From Balanoglossus misakiensis (lineage: Eukaryota > Animalia > Hemichordata), in contig CM082597.2 in NCBI GenBank assembly GCA_040954595.2, positions 5,399,244 through 5,463,243 on the forward strand: a DNA stretch of 64,000 nt, given 5' to 3'. Below, one piece after another: positions 35,812 to 51,700 of this stretch. Under the pieces are notes generated by a model, which made no database searches, was not told where the DNA came from, and worked only from the letters and a program-made list of their open reading frames with translations. Within the stretch, counting starts at the first letter, position 1; each line of letters opens with the position of its first letter. Made by a program: the position numbers and the translations under genes.

Positions 35812-36750
35812 GGATACCTAAAGCCCTGATAGAAAAATCTCATTTTGCAGAATAGTTTCTTCGCAGTGTTTTCCATTATTGTGCTTTGAATTTACATTGG
35901 TTCTTTTATTTGAGTTGACTGGTGGGTAAACACAAACATTTTTTATCAACCATTGTCAGTGGCTGTACACTTAAATATTAGCAAGTTCCCATTACAAGAG
36001 TACACAATTATCGTGGTATAAGAAAATAGGTATTAAAATCCCCACGAAGTCAAATCAGTGTCATGTGTTGACTAAGGAAAGGGTTGAAGTATTTTATCGA
36101 TTGAAACTGTGGTAAAAGACACTGCTAGAATTGAGGCTTTAATTAACCAAGTAAAGCGTTGGCTTTATACTAACACACAAAGCTTTTTTGATGTACCATT
36201 TGAAACCAACGTTAACTCATTCAACGTAAACAACTAAGAACTGTGGTGAATTTTAATCGAGTTTGAAATCAATGAATATGTTATTGAAAATAAGAGGTTA
36301 GGTTAGAACAATGGGCATGCGAGGAAAAGTGGTAGAGAAAAACAAGTCCATATATCAGTCTGGCAGTGTTATCGTTCTGTCAGACAAGTTCTGAAATGTC
36401 AAATCAGGACACGACCTCAATGACCTCAACCACTGGCTGATTGAGCTCACTGAACAGTCTGGTTGATTCTAAGGTGACATTGTATGAAAGTACACTGACA
36501 CGTAACAAGACAGACTGCAGATATGCACGTACCAAACTCTGGCACTGTTCCATGACGTCATGTCTACTACACCGCCGAAATATTTCTGGCAGTTGCCAAA
36601 TTAGGACGATGGGAAGTCAGATGTGTTTTAAAAATTTCGAGGTAATAAAATATCACTGAGAGGTGTATTTCTTAAGATTGGCACATATAAATGGAATTGA
36701 CCCTTTGTCTTATAAAGTGTGTGTGTGTGCGTGAATGGATGAATGGATAC

Positions 36751-39700
36751 GAAATTTTGAAGCTTCGCAAAATCGAAAAATCGTCATTTTTGGATGATTT
36801 TCATGAGCTATAACGCATGGTTTTTATCAAAAAATGACCACATTTTGAAATTTCGCGAAGTCGAAAAATTGACATTTCTGGATGATTTTCATGAGCTATA
36901 ACCTATGGTTTTTATCAAAAAATGACCACATTTTGAAATTTCGCGAAGTCGAAAAATTGACATTTCTGGATGATTTTCATGAGCTATAACCCATGGTTTT
37001 TATCAAAAAACCACCAAATTTTGAAATTTCGCGAAGTCGAAAAATTGACATTTCTGGATGATTTTCATGAGCTATAACCCATGGTTTTTATCAAAAAACC
37101 ACCAAATTTTGAAATTTCGCGAAGTCGAAAAATTGACATTTCTGGATGATTTTCATGAGCTATCACCCATGGTTTTTATCAAAAAACCACCAAATTTTGA
37201 AATTTCTCGAAGTCGAAAAATTGACATTTCTGGATGATTTTCATGAGCTATAACCCATGGTTTTTATCAAAAAACCACCAAATTCTGAAATTTCGCGAGG
37301 TCGGAAAATTGACATTTCTGGATGATTTTCATGAGCTATAACCCATGGTTTTTATCAAAAAACCACCAAATTCTGAAATTTCGCGAGGTCGGAAAATTGA
37401 CATTTCTGGATGATTTTCATGAGCTATAACCCATGGTTTTTATCAAAAAACCGCCAAATTCTGAAATTTCGCGAGGTCGGAAAATTGACATTTCTGGATG
37501 ATTTTCATGAGCTATAACCCATGGTTTTTATCAAAAAACCACCAAATTCTGAAATTTCGCGAGGTCGGAAAATTGACATTTCTGGATGATTTTCATGAGC
37601 TATAACCCATGGTTTTTATCAAAAAACCACCAAATTTTGAAATTTCTCGAAGTCGAAAAATTGACATTTCTGGATGATTTTCATGAGCTATAACCCATGG
37701 TTTTTATCAAAAAACCACCAAATTCTGAAATTTCGCGAGGTCGAAAAATTGACATTTCTGGATGATTTTCATGAGCTATAACCCATGGTTTTTATCAAAA
37801 AACCACCAAATTCTGAAATTTCGCGAGGTCGAAAAATTGACATTTCTGGATGATTTTCATGAGCTATAACCCATGGTTTTTATCAAAAAACCACCAAATT
37901 CTGAAATTTCGCGAGGTCGGAAAATTGACATTTCTGGATGATTTTCATGAGCTATAACCCATGGTTTTTATCAAAAAACCACCAAATTCTGAAATTTCGC
38001 GAGGACGGAAAATGGACATTTCTGGATGATTTTCATGAGCTATAACCCATGGTTTTTATCAAAAAACCACCAAATTCTGAAATTTCGCGAGGTCGAAACA
38101 TTGACATTTCTGGATGATTTTCATGAGCTATAACGCATGGTTTTTATCAAAAAACCACCAAATTCTGAAATTTCGCGAGGTCGAAAAATTGACATTTCTG
38201 GACCATTTTCATGAGCTATAACCCATGGTTTTTATCAAAAAACCACCAAATTCTGAAATTTCGCGAGGTCGAAAAATTGACATTTCTGGACCATTTTCAT
38301 GAGCTATAACCCATGGTTTTTATCAAAAAATGACCACATTTTGAAATTTCGCGAAGTCGAAAAATTGACATTTCTGGATGATTTTCATGAGCTATAACCC
38401 ATGGTTTTTATCAAAAAACCACCAAATTTTGAAATTTCTCGAAGTCGAAAAATTGACATTTCTGGATGATTTTCATGAGCTATAACCCATGGTTTTTATC
38501 AAAAAACCACCAAATTCTGAAATTTCGCGAGGTCGAAAAATTGACATTTCTGGATGATTTTCATGAGCTATAACCCATGGTTTATATCAAATAACGACCA
38601 AATTTTGAAATTTCGCGAAGTCGAAAAATTGACATTTCTGGATGATTTTCATGAGCTATAACCCATGGTTTTTATCAAAAAACCACCAAATTCTGAAATT
38701 TCGCGAAGTCGAAAAATTAACATTTCTGGATGATTTTCATGAGTAATAACCCATGGTTTTTATCAAAAAAACACCAAATTCTGAAATTTCGCGAGGTCGG
38801 AAAATTGACATTTCTGGATGATTTTCATGAGCTATAACCCATGGTTTTTATCAAAAAACCACCAAATTTTGAAATTTCTCGAAGTCGAAAAATTGACATT
38901 TCTGGATGATTTTCATGAGCTATAACCCATGGTTTTTATCAAAAAACCACCAAATTCTGAAATTTCGCGAGGTCGAAAAATTGACATTTCTGGATGATTT
39001 TCATGAGCTATAACCCATGGTTTTTATCAAAAAACCACCAAATTCTGAAATTTCGCGAGGTCGAAAAATTGACATTTCTGGATGATTTTCATGAGCTATA
39101 ACCCATGGTTTTTATCAAAAAACCACCAAATTTTGAAATTTCGCGAAGTCGAAAAATTGACATTTCTGGATGATTTTCATGAGCTATAACCCATGGTTTT
39201 TATCAAAAAACCACCAAATTCTGAAATTTCGCGAGGTCGAAAAATTGACATTTCTGGATGATTTTCATGAGCTATAACCCATGGTTTTTATCAAAAAACC
39301 ACCAAATTTTGAAATTTCGCGAAGTCGAAACATTGACATTTCTGGATGATTTTCATGAGCTATAACGCATGGTTTTTATCAAAAAACCACCAAATTCTGA
39401 AATTTCGCGAGGTCGAAAAATTGACATTTCTGGACCATTTTCATGAGCTATAACCCATGGTTTTTATCAAAAAACCACCAAATTCTGAAATTTCGCGAGG
39501 TCGAAAAATTGACATTTCTGGATGATTTTCATGAGCTATAACCCATGGTTTTTATCAAAAAACCACCAAATTTTGAAATTTCGCGAAGTCGAAACATTGA
39601 CATTTCTGGATGATTTTCATGAGCTATAACGCATGGTTTTTATCAAAAAACCACCAAATTCTGAAATTTCGCGAGGTCGAAAAATTGACATTTCTGGACC

Positions 39701-42700
39701 ATTTTCATGAGCTATAACCCATGGTTTTTATCAAAAAACCACCAAATTCTGAAATTTCGCGAGGTCGAAAAATTGACATTTCTGGACCATTTTCATGAGC
39801 TATAACCCATGGTTTTTATCAAAAAATGACCACATTTTGAAATTTCGCGAAGTCGAAAAATTGACATTTCTGGATGATTTTCATGAGCTATAACCTATGG
39901 TTTTTATCAAAAAATGACCACATTTTGAAATTTCGCGAAGTCGAAAAATTGACATTTCTGGATGATTTTCATGAGCTATAACCCATGGTTTTTATCAAAA
40001 AACCACCAAATTCTGAAATTTCGCGAGGTCGAAACATTGACATTTCTGGATGATTTTCATGAGTAATAACCCATGGTTTTTATCAAAAAAAACACCAAAT
40101 TCTGAAATTTCGCGAGGTCGAAAAATTGACATTTCTGGATGATTTTCATGAGCTATAACCCATGGTTTTTATCAAAAAACCACCAAATTTTGAAATTTCT
40201 CGAAGTCGAAAAATTGACATTTCTGGATGATTTTCATGAGCTATAACCCATGGTTTTTATCAAAAAACCACCAAATTCTGAAATTTCGCGAAGTCGAAAA
40301 ATTAACATTTCTGGATGATTTTCATGAGTAATAACCCATGGTTTTTATCAAAAAAACACCAAATTCTGAAATTTCGCGAGGTCGGAAAATTGACATTTCT
40401 GGATGATTTTCATGAGCTATAACCCATGGTTTTTATCAAAAAACCACCAAATTTTGAAATTTCTCGAAGTCGAAAAATTGACATTTCTGGATGATTTTCA
40501 TGAGCTATAACCCATGGTTTTTATCAAAAAACCACCAAATTCTGAAATTTCGCGAGGTCGAAAAATTGACATTTCTGGATGATTTTCATGAGCTATAACC
40601 CATGGTTTTTATCAAAAAACCACCAAATTCTGAAATTTCGCGATGTCGAAAAATTGACATTTCTGGATGATTTTCATGAGCTATAACCCATGGTTTTTAT
40701 CAAAAAACCACCAAATTCTGAAATTTCGCGAGGTCGAAAAATTGACATTTCTGGATGATTTTCATGAGCTATAACCCATGGTTTTTATCAAAAAACCACC
40801 AAATTTTGAAATTTCGCGAAGTCGAAAAATTGACATTTCTGGATGATTTTCATGAGCTATAACCCATGGTTTTTATCAAAAAACCACCAAATTCTGAAAT
40901 TTCGCGAGGTCGAAAAATTGACATTTCTGGATGATTTTCATGAGCTATAACCCATGGTTTTTATCAAAAAACCACCAAATTTTGAAATTTCGCGAAGTCG
41001 AAACATTGACATTTCTGGATGATTTTCATGAGCTATAACGCATGGTTTTTATCAAAAAACCACCAAATTCTGAAATTTCGCGAGGTCGAAAAATTGACAT
41101 TTCTGGACCATTTTCATGAGCTATAACCCATGGTTTTTATCAAAAAACCACCAAATTCTGAAATTTCGCGAGGTCGAAAAATTGACATTTCTGGATGATT
41201 TTCATGAGCTATAACCCATGGTTTTTATCAAAAAACCACCAAATTTTGAAATTTCGCGAAGTCGAAACATTGACATTTCTGGATGATTTTCATGAGCTAT
41301 AACGCATGGTTTTTATCAAAAAACCACCAAATTCTGAAATTTCGCGAGGTCGAAAAATTGACATTTCTGGACCATTTTCATGAGCTATAACCCATGGTTT
41401 TTATCAAAAAACCACCAAATTCTGAAATTTCGCGAGGTCGAAAAATTGACATTTCTGGACCATTTTCATGAGCTATAACCCATGGTTTTTATCAAAAAAT
41501 GACCACATTTTGAAATTTCGCGAAGTCGAAAAATTGACATTTCTGGATGATTTTCATGAGCTATAACCTATGGTTTTTATCAAAAAATGACCACATTTTG
41601 AAATTTCGCGAAGTCGAAAAATTGACATTTCTGGATGATTTTCATGAGCTATAACCCATGGTTTTTATCAAAAAACCACCAAATTCTGAAATTTCGCGAG
41701 GTCGAAACATTGACATTTCTGGATGATTTTCATGAGTAATAACCCATGGTTTTTATCAAAAAAAACACCAAATTCTGAAATTTCGCGAGGTCGAAAAATT
41801 GACATTTCTGGATGATTTTCATGAGCTATAACCCATGGTTTTTATCAAAAAACCACCAAATTTTGAAATTTCTCGAAGTCGAAAAATTGACATTTCTGGA
41901 TGATTTTCATGAGCTATAACCCATGGTTTTTATCAAAAAACCACCAAATTCTGAAATTTCGCGAGGTCGAAAAATTGACATTTCTGGATGATTTTCATGA
42001 GCTATAACCCATGGTTTTTATCAAAAAACCACCAAATTCTGAAATTTCGCGAGGTCGAAAAATTGACATTTCTGGATGATTTTCATGAGCTATAACCCAT
42101 GGTTTTTATCAAAAAACAACCAAATTCTGAAATTTCGCGAGGTCGAAAAATTGACATTTCTGGATGATTTTCATGAGCTATAACCCATGGTTTTTATCAA
42201 AAAACCACCAAATTTAGAAATTTCGCGAAGTCGAAAAATTGACATTTCTGGATGATTTTCATGAGCTATAACCCATGGTTTTTATCAAAAAACCACCAAA
42301 TTCTGAAATTTCGCGAGGTCGGCAAATTGACATTTCTGGATGATTTTCATGAGCTATAACCCATGGTTTTTATCAAAAAACCACCAAATTTTGAAATTTC
42401 GCGAAGTCGAAAAATTGACATTTCTGGATGATTTTCATGAGCTATAACCCATGGTTTTTATCAAAAAACCACCAAATTCTGAAATTTCGCGAGGTCGAAA
42501 AATTGACATTTCTGGATGATTTTCATGAGCTATAACCCATGGTTTTTATCAAAAAACCACCAAATTCTGAAATTTCGCGAGGTCGAAAAATTGACATTTC
42601 TGGATGATTTTCATGAGCTATAACCCATGGTTTTTATCAAAAAACCACCAAATTCTGAAATTTCGCGAGGTCGAAAAATTGACATTTCTGGATGATTTTC

Positions 42701-45700
42701 ATGAGCTATAACCCATGGTTTTTATCAAAAAACCACCAAATTTTGAAATTTCGCGAAGTCGAAAAATTGACATTTCTGGATGATTTTCATGAGCTATAAC
42801 CCATGGTTTTTATCAAAAAACCACCAAATTCTGAAATTTCGCGAGGTCGAAAAATTGACATTTCTGGATGATTTTCATGAGCTATAACCCATGGTTTTTA
42901 TCAAAAAACCACCAAATTCTGAAATTTCGCGAGGTCGAAAAATTGACATTTCTGGATGATTTTCATGAGCTATAACCCATGGTTTTTATCAAAAAACCAC
43001 CAAATTTTGAAATTTCGCGAAGTCGAAAAATTGACATTTCTGGATGATTTTCATGAGCTATAACCCATGGTTTTTATCAAAAAACCACCAAATTCTGAAA
43101 TTTCGCGAGGTCGGCAAATTGACATTTCTGGATGATTTTCATGAGCTATAACCCATGGTTTTTATCAAAAAACCACCAAATTTTGAAATTTCGCGAAGTC
43201 GAAAAATTGACATTTCTGGATGATTTTCATGAGCTATAACCCATGGTTTTTATCAAAAAACCACCAAATTCTGAAATTTCGCGAGGTCGAAAAATTGACA
43301 TTTCTGGATGATTTTCATGAGCTATAACCCATGGTTTTTATCAAAAAACCACCAAATTCTGAAATTTCGCGAGGTCGAAAAATTGACATTTCTGGATGAT
43401 TTTCATGAGCTATAACCCATGGTTTTTATCAAAAAACCACCAAATTCTGAAATTTCGCGAGGTCGAAAAATTGACATTTCTGGATGATTTTCATGAGCTA
43501 TAACCCATGGTTTTTATCAAAAAACCACCAAATTCTGAAATTTCGCGAGGTCGAAACATTGACATTTCTGGATGATTTTCATGAGCTATAACGCATGGTT
43601 TTTATCAAAAAACCACCAAATTCTGAAATTTCGCGAGGTCGAAAAATTGACATTTCTGGATGATTTTCATGAGCTATAACCCATGGTTTTTATCAAAAAA
43701 CCACCAAATTCTGAAATTTCGCGAGGTCGAAACATTGACATTTCTGGATGATTTTCATGAGCTATAACGCATGGTTTTTATCAAAAAACCACCAAATTCT
43801 GAAATTTCGCGAGGTCGAAAAATTGACATTTCTGGACCATTTTCATGAGCTATAACCCATGGTTTTTATCAAAAAATGACCACATTTTGAAATTTCGCGA
43901 AGTCGAAAAATTGACATTTCTGGATGATTTTCATGAGCTATAACCTATGGTTTTTATCAAAAAATGACCACATTTTGAAATTTCGCGAAGTCGAAAAATT
44001 GACATTTCTGGATGATTTTCATGAGCTATAACCCATGGTTTTTATCAAAAAACCACCAAATTCTGAAATTTCGCGAGGTCGAAACATTGACATTTCTGGA
44101 TGATTTTCATGAGTAATAACCCATGGTTTTTATCAAAAAAAACACCAAATTCTGAAATTTCGCGAGGTCGAAAAATTGACATTTCTGGATGATTTTCATG
44201 AGCTATAACCCATGGTTTTTATCAAAAAACCACGAAATTTTGAAATTTCTCGAAGTCGAAAAATTGACATTTCTGGATGATTTTCATGAGCTATAACCCA
44301 TGGTTTTTATCAAAAAACCACCAAATTCTGAAATTTCGCGAGGTCGAAAAATTGAAATTTCTGGATGATTTTCATGAGCTATAACCCATGGTTTTTATCA
44401 AAAAACCACCAAATTCTGAAATTTCGCGAGGTCGAAAAATTGACATTTCTGGATGATTTTCATGAGCTATAACCCATGGTTTTTATCAAAAAACAACCAA
44501 ATTCTGAAATTTCGCGAGGTCGAAAAATTGACATTTCTGGATGATTTTCATGAGCTATAACCCATGGTTTTTATCAAAAAACCACCAAATTTAGAAATTT
44601 CGCGAAGTCGAAAAATTGACATTTCTGGATGATTTTCATGAGCTATAACCCATGGTTTTTATCAAAAAACCACCAAATTCTGAAATTTCGCGAGGTCGAA
44701 AAATTGACATTTCTGGATGATTTTCATGAGCTATAACCCATGGTTTTTATCAAAAAACCACCAAATTCTGAAATTTCGCGAGGTCGAAAAATTGACATTT
44801 CTGGATGATTTTCATGAGCTATAACCCATGGTTTTTATCAAAAAACCACCAAATTTTGAAATTTCGCGAAGTCGAAAAATTGACATTTCTGGATGATTTT
44901 CATGAGCTATAACCCATGGTTTTTATCAAAAAACCACCAAATTCTGAAATTTCGCGAGGTCGGCAAATTGACATTTCTGGATGATTTTCATGAGCTATAA
45001 CCCATGGTTTTTATCAAAAAACCACCAAATTTTGAAATTTCGCGAAGTCGAAAAATTGACATTTCTGGATGATTTTCATGAGCTATAACCCATGGTTTTT
45101 ATCAAAAAACCACCAAATTCTGAAATTTCGCGAGGTCGAAAAATTGACATTTCTGGATGATTTTCATGAGCTATAACCCATGGTTTTTATCAAAAAACCA
45201 CCAAATTCTGAAATTTCGCGAGGTCGAAAAATTGACATTTCTGGATGATTTTCATGAGCTATAACCCATGGTTTTTATCAAAAAACCACCAAATTCTGAA
45301 ATTTCGCGAGGTCGAAAAATTGACATTTCTGGATGATTTTCATGAGCTATAACCCATGGTTTTTATCAAAAAACCACCAAATTTTGAAATTTCGCGAAGT
45401 CGAAAAATTGACATTTCTGGATGATTTTCATGAGCTATAACCCATGGTTTTTATCAAAAAACCACCAAATTCTGAAATTTCGCGAGGTCGAAAAATTGAC
45501 ATTTCTGGATGATTTTCATGAGCTATAACCCATGGTTTTTATCAAAAAACCACCAAATTCTGAAATTTCGCGAGGTCGAAAAATTGACATTTCTGGATGA
45601 TTTTCATGAGCTATAACCCATGGTTTTTATCAAAAAACCACCAAATTTTGAAATTTCGCGAAGTCGAAAAATTGACATTTCTGGATGATTTTCATGAGCT

Positions 45701-48700
45701 ATAACCCATGGTTTTTATCAAAAAACCACCAAATTCTGAAATTTCGCGAGGTCGGCAAATTGACATTTCTGGATGATTTTCATGAGCTATAACCCATGGT
45801 TTTTATCAAAAAACCACCAAATTTTGAAATTTCGCGAAGTCGAAAAATTGACATTTCTGGATGATTTTCATGAGCTATAACCCATGGTTTTTATCAACAA
45901 AACCACCAAATTCTGAAATTTCGCGAGGTCGAAAAATTGACATTTCTGGATGATTTTCATGAGCTATAACCCATGGTTTTTATCAAAAAACCACCAAATT
46001 TTGAAATTTCGCGGAGTCGAAAAATTGACATTTCTGGACCATTTTCATGAGCTATAACCCATGGTTTTTATCAAAAAACCACCAAATTCTGAAATTTCGC
46101 GAGGTCGGCAAATTGACATTTCTGGATGATTTTCATGAGCTATAACCCATGGTTTTTATCAAAAAACCACCAAATTTTGAAATTTCGCGAAGTCGAAAAA
46201 TTGACATTTCTGGATGATTTTCATGAGCTATAACCCATGGTTTTTATCAAAAAACCACCAAATTTTGAAATTTCGCGAAGTCGAAAAATTGACATTTCTG
46301 GATGATTTTCATGAGCTATAACCCATGGTTTTTATCAAAAAACCACCAAATTCTGAAATTTCTCGAAGTCGAAAAATTAACATTTCTGGATGATTTTCAT
46401 GAGTAATAACCCATGGTTTTTATCAAAAAAACACCAAATTCTGAAATTTCGCGAGGTCGGAAAATTGACATTTCTGGATGATTTTCATGAGCTATAACCC
46501 ATGGTTTTTATCAAAAAACCACCAAATTTTGAAATTTCTCGAAGTCGAAAAATTGACATTTCTGGATGATTTTCATGAGCTATAACCCATGGTTTTTATC
46601 AAAAAACCACCAAATTCTGAAATTTCTCGAAGTCGAAAAATTAACATTTCTGGATGATTTTCATGAGTAATAACCCATGGTTTTTATCAAAAAAACACCA
46701 AATTCTGAAATTTCGCGAGGTCGGAAAATTGACATTTCTGGATGATTTTCATGAGCTATAACCCATGGTTTTTATCAAAAAACCACCAAATTTTGAAATT
46801 TCTCGAAGTCGAAAAATTGACATTTCTGGTTGATTTTCATGAGCTATAACCCATGGTTTTTATCAAAAAACCACCAAATTCTGAAATTTCGCGAGGTCGA
46901 AAAATTGACATTTCTGGATGATTTTCATGAGCTATAACCCATGGTTTTTATCAAAAAACCACCAAATTCTGAAATTTCGCGAGGTCGAAAAATTGACATT
47001 TCTGGATGATTTTCATGAGCTATAACCCATGGTTTTTATCAAAAAACCACCAAATTCTGAAATTTCGCGAGGTCGAAAAATTGACATTTCTGGATGATTT
47101 TCATGAGCTATAACCCATGGTTTTTATCAAAAAAACACCAAATTCTGAAATTTCGCGAGGTCGGAAAATTGACATTTCTGGATGATTTTCATGAGCTATA
47201 ACCCATGGTTTTTATCAAAAAACCACCAAATTTTGAAATTTCTCGAAGTCGAAAAATTGACATTTCTGGATGATTTTCATGAGCTATAACCCATGGTTTT
47301 TATCAAAAAACCACCAAATTCTGAAATTTCTCGAAGTCGAAAAATTAACATTTCTGGATGATTTTCATGAGTAATAACCCATGGTTTTTATCAAAAAAAC
47401 ACCAAATTCTGAAATTTCGCGAGGTCGGAAAATTGACATTTCTGGATGATTTTCATGAGCTATAACCCATGGTTTTTATCAAAAAACCACCAAATTTTGA
47501 AATTTCTCGAAGTCGAAAAATTGACATTTCTGGATGATTTTCATGAGCTATAACCCATGGTTTTTATCAAAAAACCACCAAATTCTGAAATTTCGCGAGG
47601 TCGAAAAATTGACATTTCTGGATGATTTTCATGAGCTATAACCCATGGTTTTTATCAAAAAACCACCAAATTCTGAAATTTCGCGAGGTCGAAAAATTGA
47701 CATTTCTGGATGATTTTCATGAGCTATAACCCATGGTTTTTATCAAAAAACCACCAAATTCTGAAATTTCGCGAGGTCGAAAAATTGACATTTCTGGATG
47801 ATTTTCATGAGCTATAACCCATGGTTTTTATCAAAAAACCACCAAATTCTGAAATTTCGCGAGGTCGAAACATTGACATTTCTGGATGATTTTCATGAGC
47901 TATAACGCATGGTTTTTATCAAAAAACCACCAAATTCTGAAATTTCGCGAGGTCGAAAAATTGACATTTCTGGATGATTTTCATGAGCTATAACCCATGG
48001 TTTTTATCAAAAAACCACCAAATTCTGAAATTTCGCGAGGTCGAAACATTGACATTTCTGGATGATTTTCATGAGCTATAACGCATGGTTTTTATCAAAA
48101 AACCACCAAATTCTGAAATTTCGCGAGGTCGAAAAATTGACATTTCTGGACCATTTTCATGAGCTATAACCCATGGTTTTTATCAAAAAACCACCAAATT
48201 CTGAAATTTCGCGAGGTCGAAAAATTGACATTTCTGGACCATTTTCATGAGCTATAACCCATGGTTTTTATCAAAAAATGACCACATTTTGAAATTTCGC
48301 GAAGTCGAAAAATTGACAATTCTGGATGATTTTCATGAGCTATAACCCATGGTTTTTATCAAAAAACCACCAAATTTTGAAATTTCGCGAAGTCGAAAAA
48401 TTGACATTTGTGGATGATTTTCATGAGCTATAACCCATGGTTTTATCAAAAAACCACCAAATTCTGAAATTTCTCGAAGTCGAAAAATTAACATTTCTGG
48501 ATGATTTTCATGAGCTATAACCCATGGTTTTTATCAAAAAACCACCAAATTTTGAAATTTCGCGAAGTCGAAAAATTGACATTTCTGGATGATTTTCATG
48601 AACTATAACCCATGGTTTTTATCAAAAAACCACCAAATTCTGAAATTTCGCGAGGTCGAACAATTGACATTTCTGGATGATTTTCATGAGCTATAACCCA

Positions 48701-51700
48701 TGGTTTTTATCAAAAAACCACCAAATTCTGAAATTTCGCGAGGTCGAAAAATTGACATTTCTGGATGATTTTCATGAGCTATAACCCATGGTTTTTATGA
48801 AAAAACCACCAAATTTTGAAATTTCGCGAAGTCGAAAAATTGACATTTCTGGATGATTTTCATGAGCTATAACCCATGGTTTTTATCAAAAAACCACCAA
48901 ATTCTGAAATTTCGCGAGGTCGGCAAATTGACATTTCTGGATGATTTTCATGAGCTATAACCCATGGTTTTTATCAAAAAACCACCAAATTCTGAAATTT
49001 CGCGAGGTCGGAAAATTGACATTTCTGGATGATTTTCATGAGCTATAACCCATGGTTTTTATCAAAAAACCACCAAATTCTGAAATTTCGCGAGGTCGAA
49101 ACATTGACATTTCTGGATGATTTTCATGAGCTATAACGCATGGTTTTTATCAAAAAACCACCAAATTCTGAAATTTCGCGAGGTCGAAAAATTGACATTT
49201 CTGGACCATTTTCATGAGCTATAACCCATGGTTTTTATCAAAAAACCACCAAATTCTGAAATTTCGCGAGGTCGAAAAATTGACATTTCTGGACCATTTT
49301 CATGAGCTATAACCCATGGTTTTTATCAAAAAATGACCACATTTTGAAATTTCGCGAAGTCGAAAAATTGACATTTCTGGATGATTTTCATGAGCTATAA
49401 CCCATGGTTTTTATCAAAAAACCACCAAATTCTGAAATTTCGCGAGATCGAAACATTGACATTTCTGGATGATTTTCATGAGCTATAACGCATGGTTTTT
49501 ATCAAAAAACCACCAAATTCTGAAATTTCGCGAGGTCGAAAAATTGACATTTCTGGACCATTTTCATGAGCTATAACCCATGGTTTTTATCAAAAAACCA
49601 CCAAATTCTGAAATTTCGCCAGGTCGAAAAATTGACATTTCTGGATGATTTTCATGAGCTATAACCCATGGTTTTTATCAAATAACGACCAAATTTTGAA
49701 ATTTCGCGAAGTCGAAAAATTGACATTTCTGGATGATTTTCATGAGCTATAACCCATGGTTTTTATCAAAAAACCACCAAATTCTGAAATTTCGCGAGGT
49801 CGAAAAATTGACATTTCTGGACCATTTTCATGAGTAATAACCCATGGTTTTTATCAAAAAAACACCAAATTCTGAAATTTCGCGAGGTCGGAAAATTGAC
49901 ATTTCTGGATGATTTTTATGAGCTATAACCCATGGTTTTTATCAAAAAACCACCAAATTTTGAAATTTCTCGAAGTCGAAAAATTGACATTTCTGGATGA
50001 TTTTCATGAGCTATAACCCATGGTTTTTATCAAAAAACCACCAAATTCTGAAATTTCGCGAGGTCGAAAAATTGACATTTCTGGATGATTTTCATGAGCT
50101 ATAACCCATGGTTTTTATCAAAAAACCACCAAATTCTGAAATTTCGCGAGGTCGAAAAATTGACATTTCTGGACCATTTTCATGAGCTATAACCCATGGT
50201 TTTTATCAAAAAACCACCAAATTCTGAAATTTCGCGAGGTCGAAAAATTGACATTTGTGGACCATTTTCATGAGCTATAACCCATGGTTTTTATCAAAAA
50301 ATGACCAAATTCTGAAATTTCGCGAGGTCGAAAAATTGACATTTCTGGATGATTTTCATGAGCTATAACCCATGGTTTTTATCAAAAAACCACCAAATTC
50401 TGAAATTTCGCGAGGTCGGAAAATTGACATTTCTGGATGATTTTCATGAGCTATAACCCATGGTTTTTATCAAAAAACCACCAAATTCTGAAATTTCGCG
50501 AGGTCGAAAAATTGACATTTCTGGATGATTTTCATGAGCTATAACCCATGGTTTTTATCAAAAAACCACCAAATTCTGAAATTTCGCGAGGTCGAAAAAT
50601 TGACATTTCTGGATGATTTTCATGAGCTATAACCCATGGTTTTTATCAAAAAACGACCAAATTTTGAAATTTCGCGAAGTCGAAAAATTGACATTTCTGG
50701 ATGATTTTCATGAGCTATAACCCATGGTTTTTATCAAAAAACCACCAAATTCTGAAATTTCGCGAAGTCGAAAAATTGACATTTCTGGATGATTTTCATG
50801 AGTAATAACCCATGGTTTTTATCAAAAAAACACCAAATTCTGAAATTTCGCGAGGTCGGAAAATTGACATTTCTGGATGATTTTCATGAGCTATAACCCA
50901 TGGTTTTTATCAAAAAACCACCAAATTCTGAAATTTCGCGAGGTCGGAAAATTGACATTTCTGGATGATTTTCATGAGCTATAACCCATGGTTTTTATCA
51001 AAATACCACCAAATTCTGAAATTTCGCGAGATCGAAAAATTGACATTTCTGGATGATTTTCATGAGCTATAACCCATGGTGTTTCTCAAAAAACCACCAA
51101 ATTCTGAAATTTCGCGAGGTCGAAAAATTGACATTTCTGGATGATTTTCATGAGCTATAACCCATGGTTTTTATCAAAAAACCACCAAATTCTGAAATTT
51201 CGCGAGGTCGAAAAATTGACATTTCTGGATGATTTTCATGAGCTATAACCCATGGTTTTTATCAAAAAACCACCAAATTCTGAAATTTCGCGAGGTCGAA
51301 AAATTGACATTTCTGGATGATTTTCATGAGCTATAACCCATGGTTTTTATCAAAAAACCACCAAATTCTGAAATTTCGCGAGGTCGAAAAATTGACATTT
51401 CTGGACCATTTTCATGAGCTATAACCCATGGTTTTTATCAAAAAATGACCACATTTTGAAATTTCGCGAAGTCGAAAAATTGACATTTCTGGATGATTTT
51501 CATGAGCTATAACCCATGGTTTTTATCAAAAAATGACCACATTTTGAAATTTCGCGAGGTCGAAAAATTGACATTTCTGGTTGATTTTCATGAGCTATAA
51601 CCCATGGTGTTTCTCAAAAAACCACCAAATTCAGAAATTTCGCGAGGTCGAAAAATTGACATTTCTGGATGATTTTCATGAGCTATAACCCATGGTTTTT

